A stretch of DNA of 64,000 bases from a virus (lineage: Duplodnaviria; Heunggongvirae; Uroviricota; Caudoviricetes): IMG/VR virus record IMGVR_UViG_3300042564_004805, positions 64,001 to 128,000 of that record; one strand, given 5' to 3'. Under the pieces are notes generated by a model. The model worked only from the letters and a program-made list of their open reading frames with translations. It had not been told where the DNA came from and did no database searches. Shown piece after piece: positions 15,090 to 23,826 of this stretch. Positions within the stretch are counted from its first letter, which is position 1, and the number at the start of each line of letters is the position of its first letter. Made by a program: the position numbers and the translations under genes.

Positions 15090-15431
15090 TTATTGCCAGG
15101 TCAACCGAAACTCAGTTACTGCCTCTTGGCTATAAAATAGAACATAGAGTGGGAAGCGTTTCAGTAGGTCCGGATAGCTTCCCGCGTCCTCTTTGATGTC
15201 TTCAATTACCTTGCTGTTCATGTGTATCAAGCTGAAGCCACTGTCTCGCCAACTGTTGGTCCAACCACCGGGCTCACCAGCTGAGAACACTACCCTGAAC
15301 CACGTGTAGGCATTGGCGGGCACTTCTTTGCCCCAGCTTTCTAGGCACCACCTGTAGATGGGCAGCACTTTTTCAAACTCATGCACCTTCTCCACAAAGA
15401 TGTCTTGCCAGCGAATCTCGTTTATAGCCAT
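15090..15431 (-). CDS. Small hypothetical protein (F..E..A..F.L.W C-terminal family)
   Basis: Ends YSQEAVTEFRLTWQ; coupled to its neighbours. Confidence 0.6.
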   Translation of the reverse strand: MAINEIRWQDIFVEKVHEFEKVLPIYRWCLESWGKEVPANAYTWFRVVFSAGEPGGWTNSWRDSGFSLIHMNSKVIEDIKEDAGSYPDLLKRFPLYVLFYSQEAVTEFRLTWQ

Positions 15432-15730
15432 GTGAGTTGAAACCTAGTCATGTCGCTTTTGTTGGCGAACCAAAACACCCAGTCGCCATTGTCGTGGAGA
15501 TCATCGTAAATGAAACACCAATCTCCTTCAAAGTAGTCCAACCAGCCCCACATTGCCTCCTGGATGATGTTGCCTGCTCTTTCTTCACAGAGCTCTTTTT
15601 CACACCAGGCCTGCATTTCTTGCAATTTGGCGCTGTTGAGGATATCCTGTTCAATACTCACACAGTAAGCAAACACATATTGCAAGAGGTCTTTGCGCTC
15701 GTAGCCATCAATACTTCTTTGGATTTTCAT
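15422..15730 (-). CDS. Small hypothetical protein (same C-terminal family)
   Basis: WCEKEL...FWFANKSDMTRFQLTWL. Confidence 0.6.
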   Translation of the reverse strand: MKIQRSIDGYERKDLLQYVFAYCVSIEQDILNSAKLQEMQAWCEKELCEERAGNIIQEAMWGWLDYFEGDWCFIYDDLHDNGDWVFWFANKSDMTRFQLTWL

Positions 15731-15731
15731 G

Positions 15732-16058
15732 CTACCCCCATACCAATGAGAATTTCACAGCATCATCTTCCGTGAGAAACCAAAACACATCACCGGTCCA
15801 AGTGTATCTGTCAGCGCCAATCACAGTGTTGCACCATTGATGTATCTCCTGCCACTTGCCAAAATGTTCTTTTGACGTGTAGACAAAAGGATACTCGGCG
15901 TCCTGAAGATCTTTGCCGTACACAATTCTGTCTTTAGGAAGCCGAGTCCATTTTGTTATATCAAACATGGGCGTCTCTGCTGAAAGATAGGGCCATATGG
16001 TAACTCGAATATCAATGTCAACTAGGAAAACCAATGTTTTTTTCCATGTTAGCCCCAC
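15732..16058 (-). CDS. Small hypothetical protein (same family)
   Basis: EIHQWCNTVIGADRYTWTGDVFWFLTEDDAVKFSLVWG; the start may lie further downstream at MFDITKW. Confidence 0.6.
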   Translation of the reverse strand: MGLTWKKTLVFLVDIDIRVTIWPYLSAETPMFDITKWTRLPKDRIVYGKDLQDAEYPFVYTSKEHFGKWQEIHQWCNTVIGADRYTWTGDVFWFLTEDDAVKFSLVWG

Positions 16059-16309
16059 ACAAGTGAGAATTTTACTGCATCATCTTCTGTGAGGAACCAA
16101 AACACATCACCAGTCCAGGTGTAGTTGTCTTGTCCCAAAACATTTTGGCACCATGCGTGAATCTCACTCCATTTATTACTCTGTGAATTTTGAACCAGAA
16201 CATACGGATAACCAGCAGCCAATAGATTATTGCTAGAGACTCTTTGGTTCGGAGGCAGTTTCCGCCACTTGCTGATGTCTGTCCCAATTGGTGCAAACCA
16301 GTCCCTCAC
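16049..16309 (-). CDS. Small hypothetical protein, recent paralogue of 15732-16058
   Basis: GTG at 16309 overlaps the upstream TGA; the last 24 aa are identical to those of the downstream gene. Confidence 0.6.
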   Translation of the reverse strand: MRDWFAPIGTDISKWRKLPPNQRVSSNNLLAAGYPYVLVQNSQSNKWSEIHAWCQNVLGQDNYTWTGDVFWFLTEDDAVKFSLVWG

Positions 16310-17457
16310 AGAAACCAATGTGGCACCACGCGGCTGGTGTCCTGCACAATCTCTCGGGCACTGTCTCGAATGATGAGCCCAGCTGGCTTGTCTCCCACCA
16401 CCCAACTGCCAATCACAGCATGATGGCCATCTTGCTGGAACAGTCGCGCCCGCTGTTGGTAGATCCGGTGCCCGTGATACTTGCCCGCAGTGCTCGCTAC
16501 CTCGCGTCCATTGCTCACAATACTGATGTTGGCACCCTCACGGCTGAGCATGGGCTTAGCCACGTAGTCGCTGCCACCAGCTTCTGTTGAGGTCCAGTAG
16601 GCAGGCAGAATGTTGGGGTGATCCGGGAACATCTCGTGGAGCACAGGCAGAATGCCTTTGTTGCTCAGTATGCACTTCCAGATGGGTTCAATGATGCCGC
16701 TGACATCATTCCTTGTGTGCTGGCCAAACTCATCCGAGAACATCCACTCCCACGGATACAGCTTGAACCAATACTTGATGGGGCGATCTTCCAGGTCCAC
16801 AAACTGATTGTTGAGCCAGCCAATGTCGCCTAGGTTGATGAAGCGTGCATCAAGGCCAGCCTGTGTGGCCAGGTCCTGAAGATACACACAAGTCTGCCGC
16901 TCTTCCTCATTGTCCCCAAAGCCAGCAAAGTAAAAGGGCTCACCCGGTGGCATGAGCACGCGAATCTCAGTAAATCGCTCCACGAGGCGCTCATGTAGGC
17001 TGTTGAACTGATCTGCGCCACGGCGCTCGTCCTGTAGCCAAAACCACTGCATCATAGCCGACTCAATCACCATAGTGGGCGTGTCAGCGTTGTATTCCAG
17101 CATCTTGGGCGGACCCTTGCCGTCATAGGCGAAGTCAAATCGCCCATAGAGTGATGGGTCGTTCCGTGCCCAACTCCACTGGATGTAGTCGTGATAGTCA
17201 GCTGGGATGCCCATGCGCGTCATCAGCTCACGGTCATTGAACACTCGGTCCACAGCATCGAGGCAGCGAGCATGCACCTCTTCGGTAGCAGCTTCCAGCT
17301 CATCAATCTCGGCACTGGTGAACTCGTAGGCCACAGTCTCGTCCCAGTAGGTGCCATCTCCACCAGTGCTGGGGTTGCCACTTGTGTGAAACGTGAAGCC
17401 CACTTCCTCGGCACGCTCGCGCCAGTTGGGACGGGCCTGCATTGTGTGACGTCGCAT
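16306..17457 (-). CDS. ygiC: Glutathionylspermidine synthase-like ATP-grasp ligase (YgiC/YjfC family)
   Basis: YWDE..AYEF, LYGRFDFAYDG.GPPKMLEYNADTPT, FNSLHERL, FKLYPWEWM, EPIWKCILSNKGILP, KPMLSREGANI and IGSWVVGD...G..IR; AGGAG 7 nt before ATG 17457. Confidence 0.93.
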   Translation of the reverse strand: MRRHTMQARPNWRERAEEVGFTFHTSGNPSTGGDGTYWDETVAYEFTSAEIDELEAATEEVHARCLDAVDRVFNDRELMTRMGIPADYHDYIQWSWARNDPSLYGRFDFAYDGKGPPKMLEYNADTPTMVIESAMMQWFWLQDERRGADQFNSLHERLVERFTEIRVLMPPGEPFYFAGFGDNEEERQTCVYLQDLATQAGLDARFINLGDIGWLNNQFVDLEDRPIKYWFKLYPWEWMFSDEFGQHTRNDVSGIIEPIWKCILSNKGILPVLHEMFPDHPNILPAYWTSTEAGGSDYVAKPMLSREGANISIVSNGREVASTAGKYHGHRIYQQRARLFQQDGHHAVIGSWVVGDKPAGLIIRDSAREIVQDTSRVVPHWFL

Positions 17458-17503
17458 ATGATGTCTCCTTCTGAGCCTTACTGTAGCAGAATTTTTGGGT
17501 TTG

Positions 17504-18220
17504 TCAACCGCCGCCCGAGCTGCCCATACCAGCACCACTACCACCAAATCCACCGCGGCTAGCACTGCTGGTGCTCACAGCACTTGAGCCACTAGAGGGG
17601 ACACTCGCGCGGCTTACAGAGGTGGGCATAGTCCGGGCCACTGTGCCTGCACTGCTTGCAGCCGGAGCACCTGGAGAGGCGGGCTTTACATTCCATCCAG
17701 CGCGGGCTGCGCCCTGGTTCATGCCACTGCCCAAGCGCCCGCTGTCATAACTCGAGCCGCCTCCGTAGTAGTTTCCTACCATAACTGGTGTAGTGGCCCC
17801 ACCGCCGCCGTGGTAACCACCAGCCATCACTCGACGATCTTCGCGCTCTCGGGCATTTGTAGGGCTGTTGTAGCCTTGAAAGTAAACCGGCCGAGTATCT
17901 GCTGTCATGCGTCCTGCCATGAAGCCAACCATGGCTGGTAGCCAAATGTTGCCCGAATTTCCCGGTCCAGTTACCGACGTGCAACGCTCGTGTCCACGAG
18001 CAATACAGCTTTGCTCGTCATTGTATTTCGGCGCTGTAGACACATGATCGCTCATGGCCTTGTACCAGCGATCATCACAATTTGTGCCTCCCATGCTCTT
18101 GCATTGGTCAGCACTCTCGTAGATGGGATCACCATCCTTGGGCTTGTCATCACAAGCTGTGAGGCTGATGGCGCTTACTGAGCCCAACAGCACTAGAGCA
18201 ATTTTTTGACTGTGTCGCAT
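17504..18220 (-). CDS. ygiB: DUF1190 (YgiB/YjfM-like) lipoprotein with Gly/Ser-rich tail
   Basis: Lipobox LTAC, Y.S.DQC...C...A...H..TAPKY....C, WLPAMVGFMAG and terminal SRGGFGGSG. Confidence 0.85.
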   Translation of the reverse strand: MRHSQKIALVLLGSVSAISLTACDDKPKDGDPIYESADQCKSMGGTNCDDRWYKAMSDHVSTAPKYNDEQSCIARGHERCTSVTGPGNSGNIWLPAMVGFMAGRMTADTRPVYFQGYNSPTNAREREDRRVMAGGYHGGGGATTPVMVGNYYGGGSSYDSGRLGSGMNQGAARAGWNVKPASPGAPAASSAGTVARTMPTSVSRASVPSSGSSAVSTSSASRGGFGGSGAGMGSSGGG

Positions 18221-18237
18221 GTGTGTCTCCTGCGAGG

Positions 18238-18265
18238 ACTATAGCAGGTTTAAGGAAAGTGTCAA
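18238..18265 (-). promoter_or_regulatory. Sigma70-type promoter TTGACA-N16-TATAGT for the DUF1190 gene
   Basis: Read directly; followed by GCAGGAG RBS and ATG at 18220. Confidence 0.7.
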
Positions 18266-18267
18266 GC

Positions 18268-18666
18268 TTAGTAGGTGAAGCAGGCTGCCTGTAGGATACC
18301 AACAGCCAGGCTGCTGGTACCCAACATGATTGCATCAGCCATGCAGCGGTCAACTGCAATACTGCGCTGTAGGTTGCCAAACACCCAGTTCATGATCTCC
18401 CACATTAGGAGTTGCATAGCCAGTGCCACAGCACACCAAATGACCTTGTCAAGCCAACCAGTGCTGTAGATGATCACAGAGGCCATAGCTACTGTCATGC
18501 CCAGCAGGGTGCCAGCAAAACTCAGTGCTGCGGCTGTGTTCCCTTCTCGGATGAGTTGGATCTCATCATAGGGCGTGATCCGGATGTAGATGTAGAGGCT
18601 GATGACAATCATCACAAGGCTGCTGCCAAAATACAGCAGGAAGTTGGGCAGGGTAGCTAGTAGCAT
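18268..18666 (-). CDS. yjfL: DUF350 (YjfL-like) inner-membrane protein
   Basis: IY.RITPYDE.QLIREGNTAAALSFAGTLLG; four hydrophobic segments; ends A...G..SLAVGIL.AAC. Confidence 0.88.
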   Translation of the reverse strand: MLLATLPNFLLYFGSSLVMIVISLYIYIRITPYDEIQLIREGNTAAALSFAGTLLGMTVAMASVIIYSTGWLDKVIWCAVALAMQLLMWEIMNWVFGNLQRSIAVDRCMADAIMLGTSSLAVGILQAACFTY

Positions 18667-18682
18667 CTCTGGGTTTCCTTTT

Positions 18683-18943
18683 TCAGAAAAATGTCAAAAT
18701 AACCTGGGCAGCCACGCCAGGGTCCACGATCACCACACTGTCTCTATTGTTGAGCCAGCCGTTGGGACTGCGAGCATGGCAGTAATACCACCGACTGCCT
18801 TGATTGTGGGGTCCATGGCTGCGTCCCAGGGTACTCTTGCATAGCACCATAATGGGCTTGAGCTCAGCACGCCTTTCCTTGGCATTTGTTGCAGTGCTGA
18901 AAAATATCCAGCCTGGGCTCTTGGGCAGTTTCTCATACTTCAT
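18683..18943 (-). CDS. Hypothetical protein
   Basis: ATG at 18943 overlaps the ligase TAA; 86 aa. Confidence 0.5.
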   Translation of the reverse strand: MKYEKLPKSPGWIFFSTATNAKERRAELKPIMVLCKSTLGRSHGPHNQGSRWYYCHARSPNGWLNNRDSVVIVDPGVAAQVILTFF

Positions 18944-20292
18944 TAGATCTTCTCGCCTGGGGCCCAGCCACGCCAACGCTCAAAGCGAGGAAAGCGCAGG
19001 CTATACGTGTCACCGTTCTCACTCTTGGAGATGAGATCTGCTCGTATCTCACCAATACGCCCAACTGCCTTTTTCCGGTGCTTCCAGATCACATCACGAT
19101 CCTCGTCGCTCCAGCCGCTGCCTACACTAACCGAGATCACTCGTCCTTGATCCTCGCCACCAAACTCCACAGCACCCATGGTGTGTTCATACTTGGTGCC
19201 AGGTTTACCTGGAACAACAGCAGTTACCTCAAGGTCTACAAAAATAAATGGTTTTGTCTTCAACCAATTTGAGCTTCGCTTGCACTTGTAAGGAGCCCCG
19301 GGATCCTTCACCATGATTCCTTCTACGCCACTGTCAAGTGCCTCGCGGTTGAACTCGCTGAGGCGAGCCTGCCCCTCCTCTGTGTCTAGGTCAATTTCCA
19401 CCTTGGGCACAACACTGACCTGGTCCTTGGTAGCAGACTTCAGGAGCGGTTCCAGCTCACACAGTGCGAGGTGACGATCACGCTGCGAGACCTTGTATTC
19501 GCCCTTGAGAAATGCACTCAAGGGCACAATGTCAAACAGTGCAAGATGTGCATCAGAAGTGTCAACGTTCTTCTTGCGCTTGAACTGCTTCATCATAGCC
19601 TGAAAGCTGGCAGACACAACCTCCCCATCCAGCACAACGCTTTCAGTTAGTTGGGGCAAGAGTGTAGCCAGCGCCTCAGTTAGTTGAGGGAAGTTATTGT
19701 TGATGTGGCCATTCCGGCTGTATTGGATTACTTCGCCAGTAGCCTTGTTCAACACAGTGAGCAACCTTGCTCCATCCAGCTTGAAGTCGCACAGCTTCTT
19801 GCCCCGCATGTCATTGGGGTGATCGTCACTGTCCTTGGCCAGCTGGCAAGTGAACACTGGCACAGTGTAAGCTTTGGCGTCTTTGCCGAGCTTGCCTAGC
19901 ACCTTGTTGATGGTGGTCTCACTCAGGCCGCACTTGAAGTCCTTGAGTAGCACGCGCCTATACCAATTGTTCCACTCGTGCGTGTTGCAGCTTTCAGCAG
20001 CTTCCAACACAGCGTCACGAGCATCATGCCCGGTAAGCTTGCGATTCTTCAGTGCATCTGCGAGAGTTTTGAAGTGTGCAAACGTGTAGCTGCCCGCAGC
20101 TGGTCCCTGCTCAGTATCATCAATAAGCGGAACCTTCTTGATGCCAAAGGTCACGAGCGCATCAAACGCCAGCATTGCACCTTTAAAAAAGTCTGTGATG
20201 CCCAGCTTCCAAGCCTGCTCAACAATCGCTTCCTTGTCCAGCCGACTGTTGGTGGCTTCTAGTGCAACAATTACGTCAGCTGCGGTTTGCAT
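18943..20292 (-). CDS. ATP-dependent DNA ligase
   Basis: KLDGAR adenylation motif, YSRNG, VLDGE, LFDIV, EGIMVKD..Y..KRS.NWLK.K, and OB-fold GSGWSD..R / SLRFPRF. Confidence 0.95.
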   Translation of the reverse strand: MQTAADVIVALEATNSRLDKEAIVEQAWKLGITDFFKGAMLAFDALVTFGIKKVPLIDDTEQGPAAGSYTFAHFKTLADALKNRKLTGHDARDAVLEAAESCNTHEWNNWYRRVLLKDFKCGLSETTINKVLGKLGKDAKAYTVPVFTCQLAKDSDDHPNDMRGKKLCDFKLDGARLLTVLNKATGEVIQYSRNGHINNNFPQLTEALATLLPQLTESVVLDGEVVSASFQAMMKQFKRKKNVDTSDAHLALFDIVPLSAFLKGEYKVSQRDRHLALCELEPLLKSATKDQVSVVPKVEIDLDTEEGQARLSEFNREALDSGVEGIMVKDPGAPYKCKRSSNWLKTKPFIFVDLEVTAVVPGKPGTKYEHTMGAVEFGGEDQGRVISVSVGSGWSDEDRDVIWKHRKKAVGRIGEIRADLISKSENGDTYSLRFPRFERWRGWAPGEKI

Positions 20293-20318
20293 ACGCTCTC
20301 TTCCCTCTTTGTCAGCAC

Positions 20319-20346
20319 ACTATACAGCAGTGTGTGCGGGAGTCAA
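20319..20346 (-). promoter_or_regulatory. Sigma70-type promoter TTGACT-N16-TATAGT upstream of DNA ligase
   Basis: Read directly in the intergenic gap. Confidence 0.65.
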
Positions 20347-20373
20347 CACCAAATTGTGACTCCCGCACAAAAT

Positions 20374-20568
20374 TTAGGCTGCTAGGCGCAGGTAGCCATA
20401 TTTGCGAAGCAGTGTTTCCAGCGGCTGCTCATTTACCACCAGTCGACCCTTTTCGTTCACTGTCACTGAGCCCACACCGCGGAGGTTGTTTTCATCTTCG
20501 CCATACACAACTCGATCACCAATGTTGGCCACAAAGCCCCGACGAGGTTCAGCAGAATAAATTACCAT
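20374..20568 (-). CDS. Hypothetical protein (64 aa)
   Basis: Strong AAAGGAG RBS and its own promoter. Confidence 0.6.
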   Translation of the reverse strand: MVIYSAEPRRGFVANIGDRVVYGEDENNLRGVGSVTVNEKGRLVVNEQPLETLLRKYGYLRLAA

Positions 20569-20603
20569 TTGAGTCTCTCCTTTGTGTGTTTGTAGTGTAT
20601 CTG

Positions 20604-20632
20604 TATATAGCGCGTAGTTTTTGTGCTGTCAA
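20604..20632 (-). promoter_or_regulatory. Sigma70-type promoter TTGACA-N17-TATATA
   Basis: Read directly (GTTGAC-N17-CTATAT). Confidence 0.7.
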
Positions 20633-20665
20633 CACCCTGCCAGTCAAAAACGTTTCAAAGAGTTA

Positions 20666-21205
20666 TCAATTTTTGTTCAGTTTCCGATCACACTCCTTAT
20701 ATACACGAAGTGCCTCAGCATATAGACCTGGATCAGCATCCGCCAGCACCTCTAGGAGAGCACGCTTCTCTCGAAGCCATACTACAGCGAAACCTGGGTC
20801 ATTGTCAACAATACTCTCAGCATTATCAATAAGATCTGCAAGCTTGATGTTCCGAGCCTCTGTGCTAGCTAGCTTGGTGTGCTCCAGGTCTAGAGCTTTG
20901 CGTGCTCGCCGGTTCCCATCTTCAGGCCGACTAACATCAGTTAGCATCTCCACGAGGTGATACACATTGTTACCAAACAGGTCACGAATCAGTTCAAGGT
21001 CCACATTGGTGTCCTCAACTGCGTCGTGAAGCCAGGCGGCAGCACGCATCTCATCCGAGACAGGGGCCTGGCTGAACTTGTCCAAGGTAGCCACCACACG
21101 CTCGCAGTGTGTCCAGTAAGGTGCATCTGAATACTTGCGTCGCTGTCCCACAGCAGAGTGAGCAGCAATTGAGAAGATCTTTGCACTGTGAACTAGATCA
21201 CTCAT
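20666..21205 (-). CDS. HD-domain (p)ppGpp hydrolase-like protein (Mesh1/SAH type)
   Basis: AH...GQRRKY...PYWTH..RV, AAAWLHDAVEDT, V..LTD and IKLADLIDN; start taken at MSDLVHSA. Confidence 0.85.
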   Translation of the reverse strand: MSDLVHSAKIFSIAAHSAVGQRRKYSDAPYWTHCERVVATLDKFSQAPVSDEMRAAAWLHDAVEDTNVDLELIRDLFGNNVYHLVEMLTDVSRPEDGNRRARKALDLEHTKLASTEARNIKLADLIDNAESIVDNDPGFAVVWLREKRALLEVLADADPGLYAEALRVYKECDRKLNKN

Positions 21206-21557
21206 AGCCAAACCTTTCGTAATATCCGGCGCCTGTTTGACGCCAAAGTTGATCCACATATGCTTCAAGGGCTTCAACACTAGCGCAATGCGCGTCATTG
21301 AGCACAATGACCCGAATCAACGCTGCACAATCGCTGGTGTATAGATGCACTTCCGGCTCATAAGTGAGTTGCGCACCCGGATAGCCAGGCACATTCTTCC
21401 AGTTGTACTGGATCACATCGATGAAATAACGAATGCCCTTTTCATCTGACACACGCTTTTGATACCCGTATTGGTTGAACTCTGGATCAAGTCGGGAAGG
21501 AAGAGGATTAGGAAACCTCTTGTAGCCACTCTCAACCAAAGCTTCCTGAGTCAGCAT
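21198..21557 (-). CDS. Hypothetical protein
   Basis: AGGAGG RBS; 119 aa. Confidence 0.6.
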   Translation of the reverse strand: MLTQEALVESGYKRFPNPLPSRLDPEFNQYGYQKRVSDEKGIRYFIDVIQYNWKNVPGYPGAQLTYEPEVHLYTSDCAALIRVIVLNDAHCASVEALEAYVDQLWRQTGAGYYERFGYE

Positions 21558-21580
21558 ATGTGCCTCCTGTTATGGAGCTC

Positions 21581-21608
21581 ATAATAGCTGACTCAGGAAA
21601 AATGTCAA
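21581..21608 (-). promoter_or_regulatory. Sigma70-type promoter TTGACA-N16-TATTAT
   Basis: Read directly between rfbH and the ORF starting at 21557. Confidence 0.6.
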
Positions 21609-21616
21609 CAGGAGAT

Positions 21617-22921
21617 TTAGCTTGTGGCTCGCTGCACCACTGAAGCGATGTAGTCGCACATACCCTCTGTGATTGTGGGACTGCAACCCAGGAAAAACAC
21701 GCGGTCGAGCACCAAGTTGGCATTGGAATAATCTCGATAGTCACCGAGATGGCGATACCCAGGATGCACTAGGATATTGCCAGCAAAATAATTTCTGGTT
21801 TGAATCCTATTTCCCTCTAGGAAGCTCACAAGGTGCTCTTTCTGTTCTTTGCTTTCACAAATCACAGGCACACCGAACCAACTGGTCTCGGCTTCTCTTC
21901 GCTCATTCACCACACGCACCCCCGGCACAGTTTCTAAAATATCTTGGATGCGAGTTTTGTTGATACGGCGAAGAGCGTGTATCTTTTCCCATTTTTTCAG
22001 CTGAACTAAGCCAACTCCACCTTGCATGTCTAGTGGCTTGAGATTATAGCCCATGTTGCTGAACAAATATTTGTGGTCCATGACCGTGTCATACTCTTGG
22101 ATCCACTTTTTGAACCTCTCGCCACACATGCCACACTGAATGAGATTTTGTGCCCCCACACAATGGCAGTCGCGACCCCACCAGCTGATGCTCCGTGCCA
22201 GGGTGACGATCTCTTTACTCTTGCTGCTCACCATACCGCCTTCCATGGTGCAGAGATGGTGTGCTGGATAAAAGCTACAAGATGCTGCCACACTGAAGTC
22301 GGTGAGATACTGTCCTCGCCACTTGCTGCCTAGGCTGTCACAGTTGTCTGAGATGAGCTGGAGCTTGTGCCGGGCTGCAATCTCTTGAATCCTATCAAAG
22401 TCATAGGGATTGCCCAACACGGGACTGCTGAACACCGCAACCGTTTTTGATGTGATTTTTGACTCCAGTTGTGTCAAATCCCAGTTGAGATCAGAGAAGT
22501 CAATGTCCACAAAAACTGGCTTGAGATTGTTTTGTACAATGGGAGCAATAGTAGTGGGGAAGCCACACACACAAACCAAAATCTCGCTGTCGTCACTCCA
22601 CCCAAAACTCTTTTTCAGTGCTGCAATCATTGCGAGATTGGCCGAGCTCCCGCTGTTTACCATCACATTATGGGGTAGATTGAACTTTTCGCCAAAACCC
22701 TTTTCAAAGCGAGCAACCTTTTCACCACTGCTCAACCATTTGCCCTTCAATATGCTGTGCATCATTTCGGCAATTTCATCTTGATCCCAGTAGGGACCAG
22801 AATAATAAACAGTGGATTTACCAGGTTCAAAATCACCTGAGTTGGCCATGTAAGGAAACAAATTGGGTTCTTCATTACCAACTTGGTTAAGAAAATCTTG
22901 TATGTGGGCGCGAATGCTCAT
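21617..22921 (-). CDS. rfbH: CDP-4-keto-6-deoxyglucose 3-dehydrase (RfbH/AscC E1; DegT/DnrJ family)
   Basis: VNSGSSANL, SDNCDSLGS, SFYPAHH (His in place of the PLP Lys), WGRDCHC..C and DHKY..GYNLK..D.Q. Confidence 0.9.
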   Translation of the reverse strand: MSIRAHIQDFLNQVGNEEPNLFPYMANSGDFEPGKSTVYYSGPYWDQDEIAEMMHSILKGKWLSSGEKVARFEKGFGEKFNLPHNVMVNSGSSANLAMIAALKKSFGWSDDSEILVCVCGFPTTIAPIVQNNLKPVFVDIDFSDLNWDLTQLESKITSKTVAVFSSPVLGNPYDFDRIQEIAARHKLQLISDNCDSLGSKWRGQYLTDFSVAASCSFYPAHHLCTMEGGMVSSKSKEIVTLARSISWWGRDCHCVGAQNLIQCGMCGERFKKWIQEYDTVMDHKYLFSNMGYNLKPLDMQGGVGLVQLKKWEKIHALRRINKTRIQDILETVPGVRVVNERREAETSWFGVPVICESKEQKEHLVSFLEGNRIQTRNYFAGNILVHPGYRHLGDYRDYSNANLVLDRVFFLGCSPTITEGMCDYIASVVQRATS

Positions 22922-22942
22922 GAAAAACTCAAGGCCTTTTTG

Positions 22943-23788
22943 TTAAGAGTGTGTGGAAATGCTGCGGATAAGATCAGTTAAGCCTTGTGTCAAACACACT
23001 TGAGGCGCAAACCCCAAACTTTGAAGCAGGGTCGTATCAAGCCAAAAATCTCGACTTTGTATTTTTTGATGAAATTCAGGTGTTGGTATGCCATTGATCT
23101 GAGATCTACTATTTGTTAGATGGGCAGATATGTCAATCACATCACGCAATAGCGTGGCATGCCCTGAGCCAATGTTGTAGATAGTGTTGAGCTCACCTTT
23201 TTCAAGCACCAAGCTGATGGCTCTTACTGCGTCGTCAATATAGAGTAAGTCTCTGTAAACCATACCATTCTCATACAAGTCAATGGGTTTGTTATGATAC
23301 AATTGTGAGACCATGTGTTGGATAGCGTTTTTCTTTGTGCTTGCTCCAGCGTCTCCTGGCCCATAAATGTTAGACAAACGCAGGATACGATACTTGACGC
23401 CAAAGGTGTTGCACCAGCTCATCAAGAGCTGCTCTGCTGTTCTCTTGGTAATGCTGTAAAATCCCCGAGGATCACAATGCGCAGTTTCAGGAACAGGTAA
23501 TTGTGTATGACTTCCATACACAAACCAAGATGACACAAAATTGAAAACAACATCTGGTTGATTGCAGTGTTGTAGGGTCTCCATCAATACATTTAAATTT
23601 GTATTGATGTCCTTGTGCAGGTCACTGAATACATTATAATTGTCAGTTGTAGAGATGAGATACAGTATGTTGTTTGTGGGAGGAGTTCGGGAATTTCGAG
23701 GAACACCTATGCATTTGTGTTGGGTTTTTTGAACAAATGCACTGCCCACAAATCCTGTGGCCCCAAAAACTGAAATTGCTGTTTCCAT
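22943..23788 (-). CDS. NAD-dependent epimerase/dehydratase (extended SDR)
   Basis: GATGFVG, FVSSWFVYG, YSITK, RLSNIYGPGD, RDLLYIDD and YNIGSG. Confidence 0.9.
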   Translation of the reverse strand: METAISVFGATGFVGSAFVQKTQHKCIGVPRNSRTPPTNNILYLISTTDNYNVFSDLHKDINTNLNVLMETLQHCNQPDVVFNFVSSWFVYGSHTQLPVPETAHCDPRGFYSITKRTAEQLLMSWCNTFGVKYRILRLSNIYGPGDAGASTKKNAIQHMVSQLYHNKPIDLYENGMVYRDLLYIDDAVRAISLVLEKGELNTIYNIGSGHATLLRDVIDISAHLTNSRSQINGIPTPEFHQKIQSRDFWLDTTLLQSLGFAPQVCLTQGLTDLIRSISTHS

Positions 23789-23826
23789 GCATTATATTTG
23801 TGCACAGAAACAGCAATGTCAATTTG

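Noticed and set aside
14010-20292. UvsE and DNA ligase as novelties
   Set aside because: Both are ordinary repair and replication genes of large phages with canonical motifs.
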